From positions 1 through 14,421 of the forward strand of contig NW_021825806.1 of assembly GCF_006345805.1 (NCBI RefSeq): 14,421 bases of DNA. Reading direction: 5' to 3'. Positions 1 through 9,583 of this stretch are shown one piece after another. The notes beneath the pieces were generated by a model. That model saw only the letters and a list, made by a program, of their open reading frames with translations. It was not told the DNA's origin and did not search any database. Each line of letters starts with the position of its first letter. Position 1 is the first letter of the stretch. The position numbers were made by a program, and so were the translations under genes. This stretch comes from Octopus sinensis. Taxonomy: Eukaryota.

Positions 1-65
1 TGAGTAGTAGTAGTAGTTGAAGCAGCTGTTGAAGCAGCTGTTGACAATTTACCCTGTATAAAAAT

Positions 66-125
66 CGGTTTCCATCTACCAAATAACTTCCAATGCATGG
101 GAATTTATTTGGTAGATGGAAACTG
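66..125. repeat. 60-bp near-perfect palindrome (fold-back of a SINE segment)
   Basis: gtttccatctaccaaataa (68-86) is the exact reverse complement of 105-123. The inner part ttcc-a-atgcat-g-ggaa is also self-complementary, with the centre at 95/96. Confidence 0.9.
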
Positions 126-346
126 TGCGGAAGCCTATAGCGTATTTACGCATGTGTGCATGTGTATCAGTGTGCCAATATCCCTGTTTTTTGTGTCTGC
201 GTTTGGCACTCGGCGCCGCTTGACAGCCGGTTTTGGTTTGTTCACATCGCCATAACCTCGCGATTCGGCAAAAGGGAACGATAGAATAAGTGACATATTT
301 AAAATAGAACCACTGTCGTCGATTTGTTCAGCTGAAACCTTTAAAG
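105..346 (+). mobile_element. Degenerate, 5'-truncated tRNA-derived SINE (same family as 5246-5661)
   Basis: It shares these blocks, in order, with the copies at 5246 and 7682: atttggtagatggaaactg, cgcttgacagccgg, ttcggcaaaagggaacgatagaataag, gtcgatttgttc. Confidence 0.8.
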
Positions 347-849
347 AAATAAAAAACAACCAAAAAAGATTTGTCTGGTTTATAGTATCCTGCAAACAGA
401 CGTGCAAGTTTCTCGAGTGGCATTCCTCCTTCCTCTTCACATTGAGGGTCAATATGAGACTTAATAGTTAACCCAATAACAACGACGAGGGTGACTACGT
501 TGAGAAAACGCAATGATGTAGAGGCTGACAATGGGTTGCATGGTCTGAGAAAAATAGAGGGCAACTGTCCCGCAAATGGTTTATTAAATACGTAGAGATA
601 AATGCAAATATGTACTCCGCCATGTTGAAAAGGACGGGATGGTCAGGTGACATTGTTGTTCATTATCACAATAGTGAAATAGAATTAGAATAATAAAATC
701 TGATTGGATAATAATAAAAAAGGAAAGTGGTGAATGAATTAATGAAAATGATGTGGACGCAGAATGTAATAAATATCAGAGAACAGCTAGGCACCTGAAA
801 GACCAATACACAAGGTGGCGCTAGTGACATTCTGTGAAGGCAAAAAATA

Positions 850-1087
850 CTTTGTGCGTATGTGTGTGCGTCCGTGTGTGTGTGTGTCTGTATATGTCTA
901 CATGCATACATACGGGTATATATAGATACGTACATACTACAGAGACAAACAGATAGAGAGAAAGATAGAGGTGTACACTGACATATATATATGCGCGTGT
1001 GTATGTATGCACACATATATATACATATACATGTATATATCCATATGTATATACATATATATATATATACATATATATACATACATA

Positions 1088-1123
<36 letters not shown>

Positions 1124-1188
1124 CATACATAAGTATATATGCATTATATACTCAAGTAAACATATATATGTACATATAAATACATATA

Positions 1189-1219
<31 letters not shown>

Positions 1220-1545
1220 GTATTTATGTATGTATATAGACATATGTGTGCGTATGTATTCACACACACATGCGCGGGCTCACACTCACATACACACACA
1301 CACACACACATATACGTATATAATGTATATGTCTGAGAGATTGAAATTGTGTATGTATGTATTAAATGTGTACGTGTGTATATAGACAGATGTGTATGTA
1401 TATAGACATATGTGTGCGTATGTATTCACACACCACACGCGTGCGCTCACAGTCACACACACATATATATATATATATATATACGTATATAATGTATATG
1501 TCTGTGAGATTGAAATTGTGTATGTATGTATTGAATGTGCATGCG
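850..1545. repeat. Compound (TA)n/(TG)n/(CA)n/(TACA)n microsatellite with a ~166-bp tandem duplication
   Basis: Visible dinucleotide runs. The block gacatatgtgtgcgtatgtattcacac...gattgaaattgtgtatgtatgtatt occurs at 1239 and again at 1405. Confidence 0.9.
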
Positions 1546-1779
1546 TGTGTGTCCGTATACTTCAAGGATGATAGACATACTTTAAACTGTATGTGCAATG
1601 CTCGTTGTATAGTCACTGGATTACGTCACATCTCTGAGGATATAAAACAGAGGTGAAATGTTATGCGATAAAAAATAAAACTGGTCGTCTGCCAACATTC
1701 AAATTATACATATGCGTGTTTCTATGTGTGTGTATATATTACTGTATGATGTAAGTACGTAGATAACGGTTTAATTTGG

Positions 1780-2092
1780 CTTGTAAGTCTATATAGATGT
1801 GTGTGTGTTTATGTGTGTTTGTGTGTGGGGTTTTTTTGTGTGGAGCTATGAATGTATGTATTTGTATGTATGCTTGCATGTGGATGAACGTATGCGTTTA
1901 TGGATGGATCGATGTATAAAATTATATTTTTTTTGTTTGAGTTTTTGGCTGTAGTTTTTATTTTATTCATTGCATCACATCTACCTCTCTCTTATTTCAT
2001 ATTCACACTCACTCACACGCACCACACATATGTATACACACACACATACATATATCTCTATATACATACCTATAAATACATACATATGCACA

Positions 2093-2184
<92 letters not shown>

Positions 2185-2310
2185 AGTATATATACACTCA
2201 TATATATGTTTACTAATTACATATGTGCTTGAAAAAGTGTGTGTGTATCTATAAAGAAGTGTATGTGTGTGTTTGTGCGTACGTGCGCGTATGTGTGTAT
2301 ATACATACAT
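1780..2310. repeat. Compound microsatellite (TG, CA, TACA, TA)
   Basis: Visible simple repeats. Confidence 0.9.
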
Positions 2311-2679
2311 ATTTATACACGCTCAGGTCCATTTAAGTGAAAATAAACACTCATACATCACTTGTCTTTAACAAGTCGAATCGTTTATGTATTTTTTTTG
2401 GCGTAGTTCTACCCCGCTAGAGAGGAGAATGGAGGTTGGAATTGGTAGCGTTATTTTTTTTTTTTTTGCTTCAGTTTGTTATTTTTTTTTAGTTCTGTTT
2501 TTTTTCTATTTGCATTTTCGTTTTTTTTGTTTTTGTCTAGCGATATTTATAAACATTTGAGACATCAAAAGTACTTAATGTGTATGGTCAAAAAAAATGT
2601 TGGCATACATCTGACGCGAAGGGCCTGGTCTATCCGTTTGTGGCGGGGAGGACAGGGTGGGATTGGAACTACGTCGGGG

Positions 2680-2862
2680 AGGAGAAGGAGGAGGAGGAAG
2701 AGGGGGGAGGGAAGTGGTAAAATGTGTCGGAGATGGAAATGTTATTAAGATGATGACGACGATGATGATAATGACGATGACGGCGATGACAGCGATAATG
2801 ATGATGATGATGGTGGTAGTGATGCATGTGGCGCGTGCGCTGATCACGATGATGATGATGAG
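2680..2862. repeat. GGA-rich and (GAT/GAC)n trinucleotide low-complexity tract
   Basis: Visible triplet repeats, which explain the poly-I/poly-M/poly-R ORFs. Confidence 0.85.
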
Positions 2863-2964
2863 AAACGGGAGGTTTGAAGGAGGCTTCCTATTGTGCTGAA
2901 GCTTCAAGCAAACCGAGCTCACATACTGTTTATCTTGACAATGTTTATCTTAATGAATATCCTT

Positions 2965-3075
2965 GCATATACACACATACTTATCCATATATACATACAT
3001 ATATAACTATATATATATATACATACATACATACATATATATACATATATACATAAATACATACATACATATATG
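2965..3075. repeat. (TA)n/(TACA)n microsatellite
   Basis: Visible simple repeats. Confidence 0.85.
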
Positions 3076-3787
3076 TGTCCTCTTATTTGCATTTGCATTT
3101 ATGTACCATTTCTCCGTCTTTTTTTCCGCTCTCGTTTTCGTATACATTTGCTGCTTTCTTCTAAGGAATCTAATGCTCTTAGTTTAGTATTTCCTTCGGG
3201 AAATACTACGCTACCAATTACAATCTCCATTCTCCTCTCTGGCGAGGTAGAACTACGCCAAAAAAATACATAAACGATTCGACTTGTTAAAGACAAGTGA
3301 TGTATGAGTGTTTACTTTCACTTAAATGGACCTGAGCGTGTATAAATATGCTCCAGATTGGAGCAACCTTGAGTATAACCAGCCGAAATTGCAAAGATAA
3401 TATGGAACTCGACTGAGGAAAGAAAACTTCGAATGACCAATCCGTGTTTTTTTCTTTTCCCTCTTTTGTATCATCTGTCTGGATGTTTTGTTGTCCCTTT
3501 TTTGCATCATCTAGCAGTCTGGGAGGGAGTGCTGAAAAGTAGAGTCGTTTGATCTCTTTGAATCTCGCAAACCCGTTATAGCTACTCCTCCTAATTTCTC
3601 TAGAAATTCGAATATTATTTTTTAATACCACTGATCCATTGAACTGGATTCATCATAATCAGGTTATTATCTAACCTGTTTATACGTGTTTAAAACTTTT
3701 CCTGGAGATGGTGGAATATATGCTATGGTATGATATATGAATACATCAATAAAATTCTGCCAAAACAGAGTCCTCGATTTTATTCTG

Positions 3788-3788
<1 letters not shown>

Positions 3789-3857
<69 letters not shown>

Positions 3858-3994
3858 TTATCTATCTATCTAGCCATCCATCTATCTATCTTTCTATCTA
3901 TTTATCTATCTATCAATCAATCTATCTATCTATCTATCTTATCTATCTACTATCAATCAATCTATCTATCTATCTATCTAATCATATATATAAC

Positions 3995-4032
<38 letters not shown>
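3789..4032. repeat. (TCTA)n tetranucleotide microsatellite followed by (TA)n
   Basis: Visible simple repeats. Confidence 0.95.
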
Positions 4033-4036
<4 letters not shown>

Positions 4037-4205
4037 GCTGGGTAAACACAAAACTTATGAACGAAATGCTTAATTGCCTAACGAGATGGGACAGCCAAAC
4101 TTACTTAATTTAAAAGACACATCTGATAAATTTAGAACATCATTGAAACACCCATTAACAGTTTTTACATTCGTATAAGATTAAACGGAAAACTATTGTC
4201 TATCT

Positions 4206-4418
4206 CAATGTGAAGTATATTTGCCACTTAAATGTGGCTAACCACTAAGCGTGGATGCTACTGTAGCCTGTAGCCCCAGGAGAACACCTTCTCCAGCTGG
4301 CTATTGAAAGTGTGTCAATGGCCAGCTGGAGAAGGTGTTTTCTCCTGGGGCTACAAGCTACAGTAGCATCCACCCTTAGGGGTTAGCCACATTTAAGTGG
4401 CAAATATACTTCACGTTG
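4206..4418. repeat. ~213-bp long palindrome (MITE-like or fold-back repeat)
   Basis: Arms of ~100 bp (gtgaagtatatttgccacttaaatgtggctaacc...ccagctggctattga and tcaatggccagctgg...cacatttaagtggcaaatatacttcac) around a 7-nt loop aagtgtg (4308-4314), with few mismatches. Confidence 0.92.
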
Positions 4419-5245
4419 TCGTGCAGCTACCGTTTATACCTCGTTCAGAGATTTATTATTTATTGTCTATCTCGTTTCAATGAAAAAAAACAAGAAAACA
4501 TTACGCGAATCAGAGACAGCCTTTCTGTAGATATGTATAGGTTAGCCTGAAAATGAACATATACCCACACAGCTACGTTCAGTATAATGAGACGAAGACG
4601 TCATCAGATCTCAGAATTGCTTCAACGCGTAGAAAATGTGCCCGTCTCAAAGGTACCTGGATATGAAATCTGATATTTTGACAAATGTAGGCACTTCAAG
4701 CAACACTTGATAGAATTTATCACCACCGCCAAATTAGACACAACAACCTGCTATGCAACATAAGAGAGACCCGTGAAGACATTTCAACGTTGAACTTTAC
4801 TGCTACGGAGCAGTAGCATCGTATTTCCATTTATTCTACATTCTTTTAATATTTCATTTCTGACGTTTTTACCTTTGTTCTTAAACCTTCGTTCTCTCGA
4901 CACATCACTCATCAGCACACATCTCATGGATCTGCGAACATCCATTGCCTCATAGACACGTAGATTCACTTGGGCTTTTTGCTTTAACACTTTCAGCTTC
5001 TTGTCCATCCATTCATCATCGTTCTCCTTTAACTTTCGGAGATATCACATGATCAAACGAAGCGGGAAGTGTTGTACAGGTATGACGAATGTAACAAACT
5101 GATTTTTGCCTTTACATTACAATACAGTAAATACGCTAAATAATAAAAGAGAGAGGGAGAGAGAGATAGACAATACAAAATGATACCAAATTTCTGTATA
5201 GATTTCTGCAAGAAAACAAAATAAATTAGAATATTGAGAGAAATA

Positions 5246-5661
5246 GGCGCAGGAGTGGCTGTGTGGTAAGTAGCTTGTTTACCAACCACATGGTTCTGGG
5301 TTCAGTCCCACTGCGTGGCACCTTGGGCAAGTGTCTTCTCCTATAGCCTCGGGCCGACCAAAGCCTTGTGAGTGGATTTGGTAGACGGAAACTGAAAGAA
5401 GCCCGTCGTATATATGTATATATATATATATGCGTGTGTGTGTTTGTGTGTCTGTGATTGTCTCCCTAGCATTGCTTGACAACCGATGCTGGTGTGTTTA
5501 TGTCCCCGTTTCTTAGCTATTCGGCAAAAGAGACCGATAGAATAAGTACTGGGCTTACAAAAGAATAAGTGCCGGGGTCGAGTTGCTCGATTTAAGGCGG
5601 TGCTCCAGCATGGCCGCAGTCAAATGACTGAAACAAGTAAAAGAGTAAAAGAGTAAAGAGT
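5246..5661 (+). mobile_element. Full-length tRNA-derived SINE (octopus-type)
   Basis: A-box-like tggctgtgtgg and B-box-like ggttcagtccc in the head, an internal (TA)/(TG) microsatellite, a conserved body shared with 7682-8078, and a short tandem tail (aaagagt)n. Confidence 0.88.
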
Positions 5662-5884
5662 ATATCTGTTTCGAGGCTTGGCTAATAGAAAGATACGAAC
5701 CAAAAATCAACGCATATTATATACTACACTCAGAATTAAGAAGGAAAACTACCAGACTTAAGCATTGATTATTTTTTAATCTGCTGTTAATAACAAGGAA
5801 GATCGATAAAATTCCCATAGTCCTTTGCGATCTAACAGAGACCGCACGAGACCCTGTGAGTGTGTAAGTGCTTCTATAAGTATG

Positions 5885-5986
5885 TACGTGTGTGTGGTGT
5901 GTGTGTGTGTGTGTGTGTGTGTTTCAAGCATCTATATATCTTTGAGAGTACAGGAATGAATTTGTGTGTATGTATTATTTTATATA

Positions 5987-6030
<44 letters not shown>

Positions 6031-6043
6031 ATATATATATATC

Positions 6044-6075
<32 letters not shown>

Positions 6076-6370
6076 ATATATATATAATATATATTATATG
6101 TATATGTATATATATATGTATATATATAACAGTGTTCTAAATATGTCATGGTTTTTATATATAAGAGAGAATAAAGTTATACGAAACGCACATATATACC
6201 TATGTATACAGATATATATTTATATATATTTATACATGCAGACACTCAAGTACAGACACCCAAACAAACACAGAGACACAGACGCATGCAGGCACAGACA
6301 CAGGCAGACATACACACATACACACACACATACACTCATGTACACACCAATATACATATATACATATTAA
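5885..6370. repeat. Compound (TG)n/(TA)n/(CA)n microsatellite region
   Basis: Visible simple repeats. Confidence 0.9.
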
Positions 6371-6470
6371 TAGCCTTCAATACTCTACACGCTTTTATTC
6401 CTTGGTTTATGAATTTACGCTCCACTGTTAAAAGCAATACATACGCACACATAGACGTATAATCCATATA

Positions 6471-6590
6471 GAGGGCGCATGGCCTTGTGGTTTGGGTGTT
6501 GCGCTCACGATCGCTAGATTGTGGTTTCAATTCCTAGATCAGGTGGGGAATCGTCTTCCTGAGCAAAACACTTCATCTCCGTTGCTTTGT
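6471..6590 (+). mobile_element. Degenerate tRNA-derived SINE head (second family)
   Basis: A-box-like tggccttgtgg (6480-6490) and B-box-like ggtttcaattcc (6523-6534), followed by ctgagcaaaacacttcat. No complete cloverleaf or CCA, so not a tRNA gene. Confidence 0.6.
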
Positions 6591-6663
6591 GATCCCTTCG
6601 AGAACTAACACAAATTTTCTTTTCTCTGGAGAGAGTCATACCGTCTTAATATCTAACACACAC

Positions 6664-6744
6664 AAAGGCGGCGAGCTGGCAGAATCGTTAGCACGCCGGG
6701 AGAAATGCTTAGCGATATTTCGTATGCCGTTACGTTCTGAGTTC
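6664..6744 (+). mobile_element. 5' fragment of an octopus-type SINE (third family)
   Basis: aaggcggcgagctggcagaatcgttagcacgccggg...gttctgagttc. Its distal part is reverse-complementary to 6903-6945. Confidence 0.7.
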
Positions 6745-6750
6745 TTATAT

Positions 6751-6945
6751 ATTTCTTTACTACCCACAAAGAGCTAAACACAGAGAGGACAAACAAGGAC
6801 AGACAAACGAATTAAGCCGATTACATCGACCCCAGTGCGAGACTGGTACTTTATTTATCGACCCCGAAAAGATGAAAGGCAAAGTCGGCTTCGGCGGAAT
6901 TTGAACTCAGAACCTAACGACAGGCGAAATACCGCAAAGCATTTC
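6751..6945 (-). mobile_element. Body and 3' end of the same SINE family, inverted
   Basis: The minus strand reads gaaatgctttgcggtatttcg...gttctgagttcaaattccgccgaagccgactttgcctttcatc...gtagtaaagaaat. It overlaps the 6664-6744 fragment in sequence. Confidence 0.72.
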
Positions 6946-7060
6946 AGTGGAAACAACTGTTTTATGAAGTTCAAAAATAATATGAAAAGTTGTTATCTAA
7001 TGATCGTTTGCAGAAACGTATGTTCTGATGCATTAATAATTTCCATCCACGAATTAACAT

Positions 7061-7627
7061 TTTTACCTCCGCCTTCGCTAAGGCAGGGGTATTGTTTTCA
7101 GTTGCGTTTGTCTGTTGTTTGTCCATGGAGAAGATATCTCAAGAACCGCCGGATGGATTCGGATGATCCGTTCAGGGATGTTTGACCTCGTGACTGACAC
7201 GAACTGATTGGATTTTGGTATCGATCAGGTAGCGGACAAGGATTCTGGATTATTTGTTATATTTTCTTCACTTTACGTGATTACGATCTTACGTTAACAT
7301 TCAAGTCTTTCTCAAGGCGGTAACTATTTTGTATGGTGAATTTGTTAACCTTTGCTTGGATTAGATACGGATAAATAATTTAGTACTGTTAATAAATTTT
7401 CTACGGCCACCTTCACAATCCATGACTAACAATGGGATCGATCGGGTACCAGACAAGAAGCTTCAAATAAATTTTTGAGAGCGATCGGGTTCATTTTTAG
7501 TATTCTCGTCTGTGAAAGCTGTCGAGTTTATTTCAGAAATTCTCATTTCAAAAATCAGCTCTGGCTAATTCTTGAGAGGACTTTGATGTTGCCTTGGCGC
7601 AGGTTTGCCCTCTCTGAGTGCTCTTGT
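7061..7627 (+). mobile_element. Non-autonomous Helentron-type element (HINE/DINE-1-like)
   Basis: T-rich start ttttacctccgcc with a 5' hairpin (7065-7090), a short (TTTG/TCTG)-like tract, a 3' sub-terminal inverted repeat ggcgcaggt (7596-7604) matching acctccgcc, then a 3' hairpin gccctc-tct-gagtgc and a T-rich end. Confidence 0.65.
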
Positions 7628-7681
7628 TATTATTATATTTATGCTAAGCCGAAAGGAGTTCCATCTGTATATCCAAACCAT

Positions 7682-8078
7682 CGGATGTAGCTGTATGGTA
7701 AGAAGCTTGCTTACCAACCACATAGTTCTTGGCTCCGTCTCAGTGCGTGGCACCTTGGGCAAGTGTCTTCTACTATAGCCTTAGGCCGACCAAACCCATG
7801 TGAGTGGATTTGGTAGACGGAAACTGAAAGAACCCGTCGTGTATATATATATATATATATATACATTTGTGTGTCTGTGTTTGTCCTTCCCTGTCCATCG
7901 CTTGACAACCAATGTCGGTGTACTTACGTTCCAGTAATTTAGCGGTTCGGCAAAAGTATTAGGCTAACAAAGAATATGTCTTGGGGTCTATTTGTTCGAC
8001 TAAAGGCGCTGCCTCAGCATGGCCGCAGTCAAATTACTGAAACAAGTAAAGGAAAAAAGAATAAACGAATAAAAGAAT
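7682..8078 (+). mobile_element. tRNA-derived SINE (same family as 5246-5661)
   Basis: Colinear similarity to 5246-5661, including gtggcaccttgggcaagtgtcttct, ggatttggtagacggaaactgaaagaa and cagcatggccgcagtcaaat, and an A-rich tail. Confidence 0.88.
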
Positions 8079-8124
8079 ATACTCAGATCCTGTGTTCTAT
8101 TTTTCTTGCTTTCAACAACATACC

Positions 8125-8177
8125 TATATATATATATAATTATATATATATATATATTATATATATATATATATACA
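8125..8177. repeat. (TA)n, left flank of the ribozyme array
   Basis: Visible simple repeat. Confidence 0.9.
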
Positions 8178-8325
8178 TTTATATATAGAGGGCATTATAC
8201 ATACATGCCAGGAGGCATTCTACATACACGCCATACGCTAAGAGGGACAATCAGTCATTTCTCTACCAAAAATATTACTAATCCCACCGAATGCAATTTT
8301 TCAAAGAAAGACATTAAAAATATAT

Positions 8326-8374
8326 AGACCTGTATCACAGTGATTTCATACTTACGTAATCATATCAGCAGCCT
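8326..8374 (-). ncRNA. Type I hammerhead ribozyme motif, copy 1 (core disrupted: CUGAUAUGA)
   Basis: The minus strand reads aggctg CTGATATGA ttacgtaagtat GAAA tcac t gtga TA caggtct. There is a 2-nt insertion in the core and a 1-nt loss in stem I. Confidence 0.7.
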
Positions 8375-8811
8375 GAATATACTATAATAAACAACGACCC
8401 TGCCTCGCTTAAGCGATCAGCTAACTGATCAACATCAACGAAGCACATGGGTGGGTTTATATATACTATATCCGGATGAATGGCAAACTTTTACGAATTG
8501 CATTTCGGGAGAGGAAAAGTTTTTTCGGAATAAAAATTTAGCACTTAAGGACAACTACTTAATAAGGAAAACTTAACAAGAAATTGTCAGGTAGAATAGC
8601 GTAAAAACCTCATAAGAGAAAAAATTTCGAAAATAATTATTTCTTATTGAACATATTAATTTATATATAGAGGGCATTATACATACATGCCAGGAGGCAT
8701 TCTACATACACGCCACGCCATACGCTAAGAGGGACAATCAGTCATTTCTACCAAAAATATTACTAATCCCACCGAATGCAATTTTTCAAAGAAAGACATT
8801 TAAAAATATAT

Positions 8812-8859
8812 AGACCTGTATCACAGTGATTTCATACTTACGTAATCATCAGCAGGCCT
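8812..8859 (-). ncRNA. Type I hammerhead ribozyme, copy 2 (intact consensus)
   Basis: The minus strand reads aggcctg CTGATGA t-tac-gtaa-gta-t GAAA tcac-t-gtga TA caggtct. Stem I is 7 bp (one G-U), the core is canonical, stem II is 3 bp with a GUAA loop, and stem III is AUCAC/GUGAU. The cleavage triplet is AUA, with the cut between 8819 and 8818. Confidence 0.88.
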
Positions 8860-9292
8860 GAATATACTATAAATAAACAACGACCCTACCTCGCTTAAGC
8901 CGATCAGCTAACTGATCAACATCAACGAAGCACATGGGTGGGTTTATATATACTATATCCGGATGAATGGCAAACTTTTACGAATTGCATTTCGGGAGAG
9001 GAAAAGTTTTTTCGGAATAAAAATTTAGCAATTAAGGACAACTACTTAATAAGGAAAACTTAACAAGAAATTGTCAGGTAGATAGCGTAAAAACCTCATA
9101 CGAGAAAAAATTTCGAAAATAATTATTTCTTATTGAACATATTAATTTATATATAGAGGGCATATACATACATGCCAGGAGGCATTCTACATACCGCCAT
9201 ATACGCTAAGAGGGACAATCAGTCATTTCTACCAAAAATATTACTAATCCCACCGAATGCAATTTTTCAAAGAAAGACATTTAAAAATATAT

Positions 9293-9340
9293 AGACCTGT
9301 ATCACACAGTGATTCATACTTACGTATCATCAGCAGGCCT
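9293..9340 (-). ncRNA. Type I hammerhead ribozyme motif, copy 3 (GAA instead of GAAA)
   Basis: The minus strand reads aggcctg CTGATGA tacgtaagtat GAA tcac tgt gtga TA caggtct. Confidence 0.7.
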
Positions 9341-9583
9341 GAATATACTATAAATAAACAACGACCCTGCCTCGCTTAAGCCGATCAGCTAACTGATCAA
9401 CATCAACTAAGCACATGGGTGGGTTTATATATACTATATCCGATGAATGGCAAACTTTTACGAATTGCATTTCGGGAGAGGAAAAGTTTTTTCGGAATAA
9501 AAATTTAGCAATTAAGGACAACTACTTAATAAGGAAAACTTAACAGAAATTGGTCAGGTAGATAGCGTAGATAGCGTTATATA

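Larger units (their letters stand above)
2308..3350. repeat. Inverted repeat pair, arms 2308-2451 and 3208-3350 (~144 bp, ~96% identical), ~755-bp spacer
   Basis: The reverse complement of 3208-3350 matches 2308-2451 (catatttatacacgctcaggtccatttaagtg...aattggtagcgt), with about 5 substitutions and one homopolymer length difference. Confidence 0.92.
8178..9569 (-). mobile_element. Tandem array (~2.9 units of 482-486 bp) of a hammerhead-containing non-coding repeat; candidate non-LTR retrozyme
   Basis: The anchor agagggc recurs at 8187, 8669 and 9155. Units are nearly identical and differ mainly by small indels. Each has a hammerhead motif on the minus strand, and the unit has no ORF of 60 aa or more. 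Confidence 0.85.

Noticed and set aside
328-564. Minus-strand 78-aa ORF with an upstream polypyrimidine-AG
   Set aside because: No recognisable motif and no convincing donor. The 3' end runs into a SINE.
1633-1670. CTGAGGA...GAAA hammerhead-like string, and a possible C/D snoRNA at 1566-1637
   Set aside because: Stem II and stem III cannot form. Box C is mismatched and there is no terminal stem.
3412-3445. Hammerhead-like CTGAGGA-aag-aaaa-ctt-cGAA
   Set aside because: There is an extra nucleotide before GAA, no GAAA, and no stem III or stem I partner.
3099-3631. Overlapping minus-strand ORFs (3287-3631, 3322-3510, 3099-3296) as a possible exon or Penelope ORF
   Set aside because: No RT or GIY-YIG motifs recognised, and part of the region is the inverted-repeat arm.
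4600-4915. Other CTGATGA occurrences on the minus strand (4601-4607, ~4909-4915)
   Set aside because: They lack a correctly placed GAAA and flanking helices.
5246-5320. tRNA genes at SINE heads (5246, 6471, 7682)
   Set aside because: Only A/B-box-like remnants. No full cloverleaf, and each continues into a SINE body.
8348-8360. atacttacgt resembling the U1 snRNA 5' end
   Set aside because: The similarity stops after 8 nt. It is just the reverse complement of hammerhead stem-loop II.
8178-9569. Array as CRISPR-like or as a tandem rRNA/snRNA gene cluster
   Set aside because: The units are contiguous ~485-bp repeats with no unique spacers and no similarity to 5S or spliceosomal RNAs that I can recognise.
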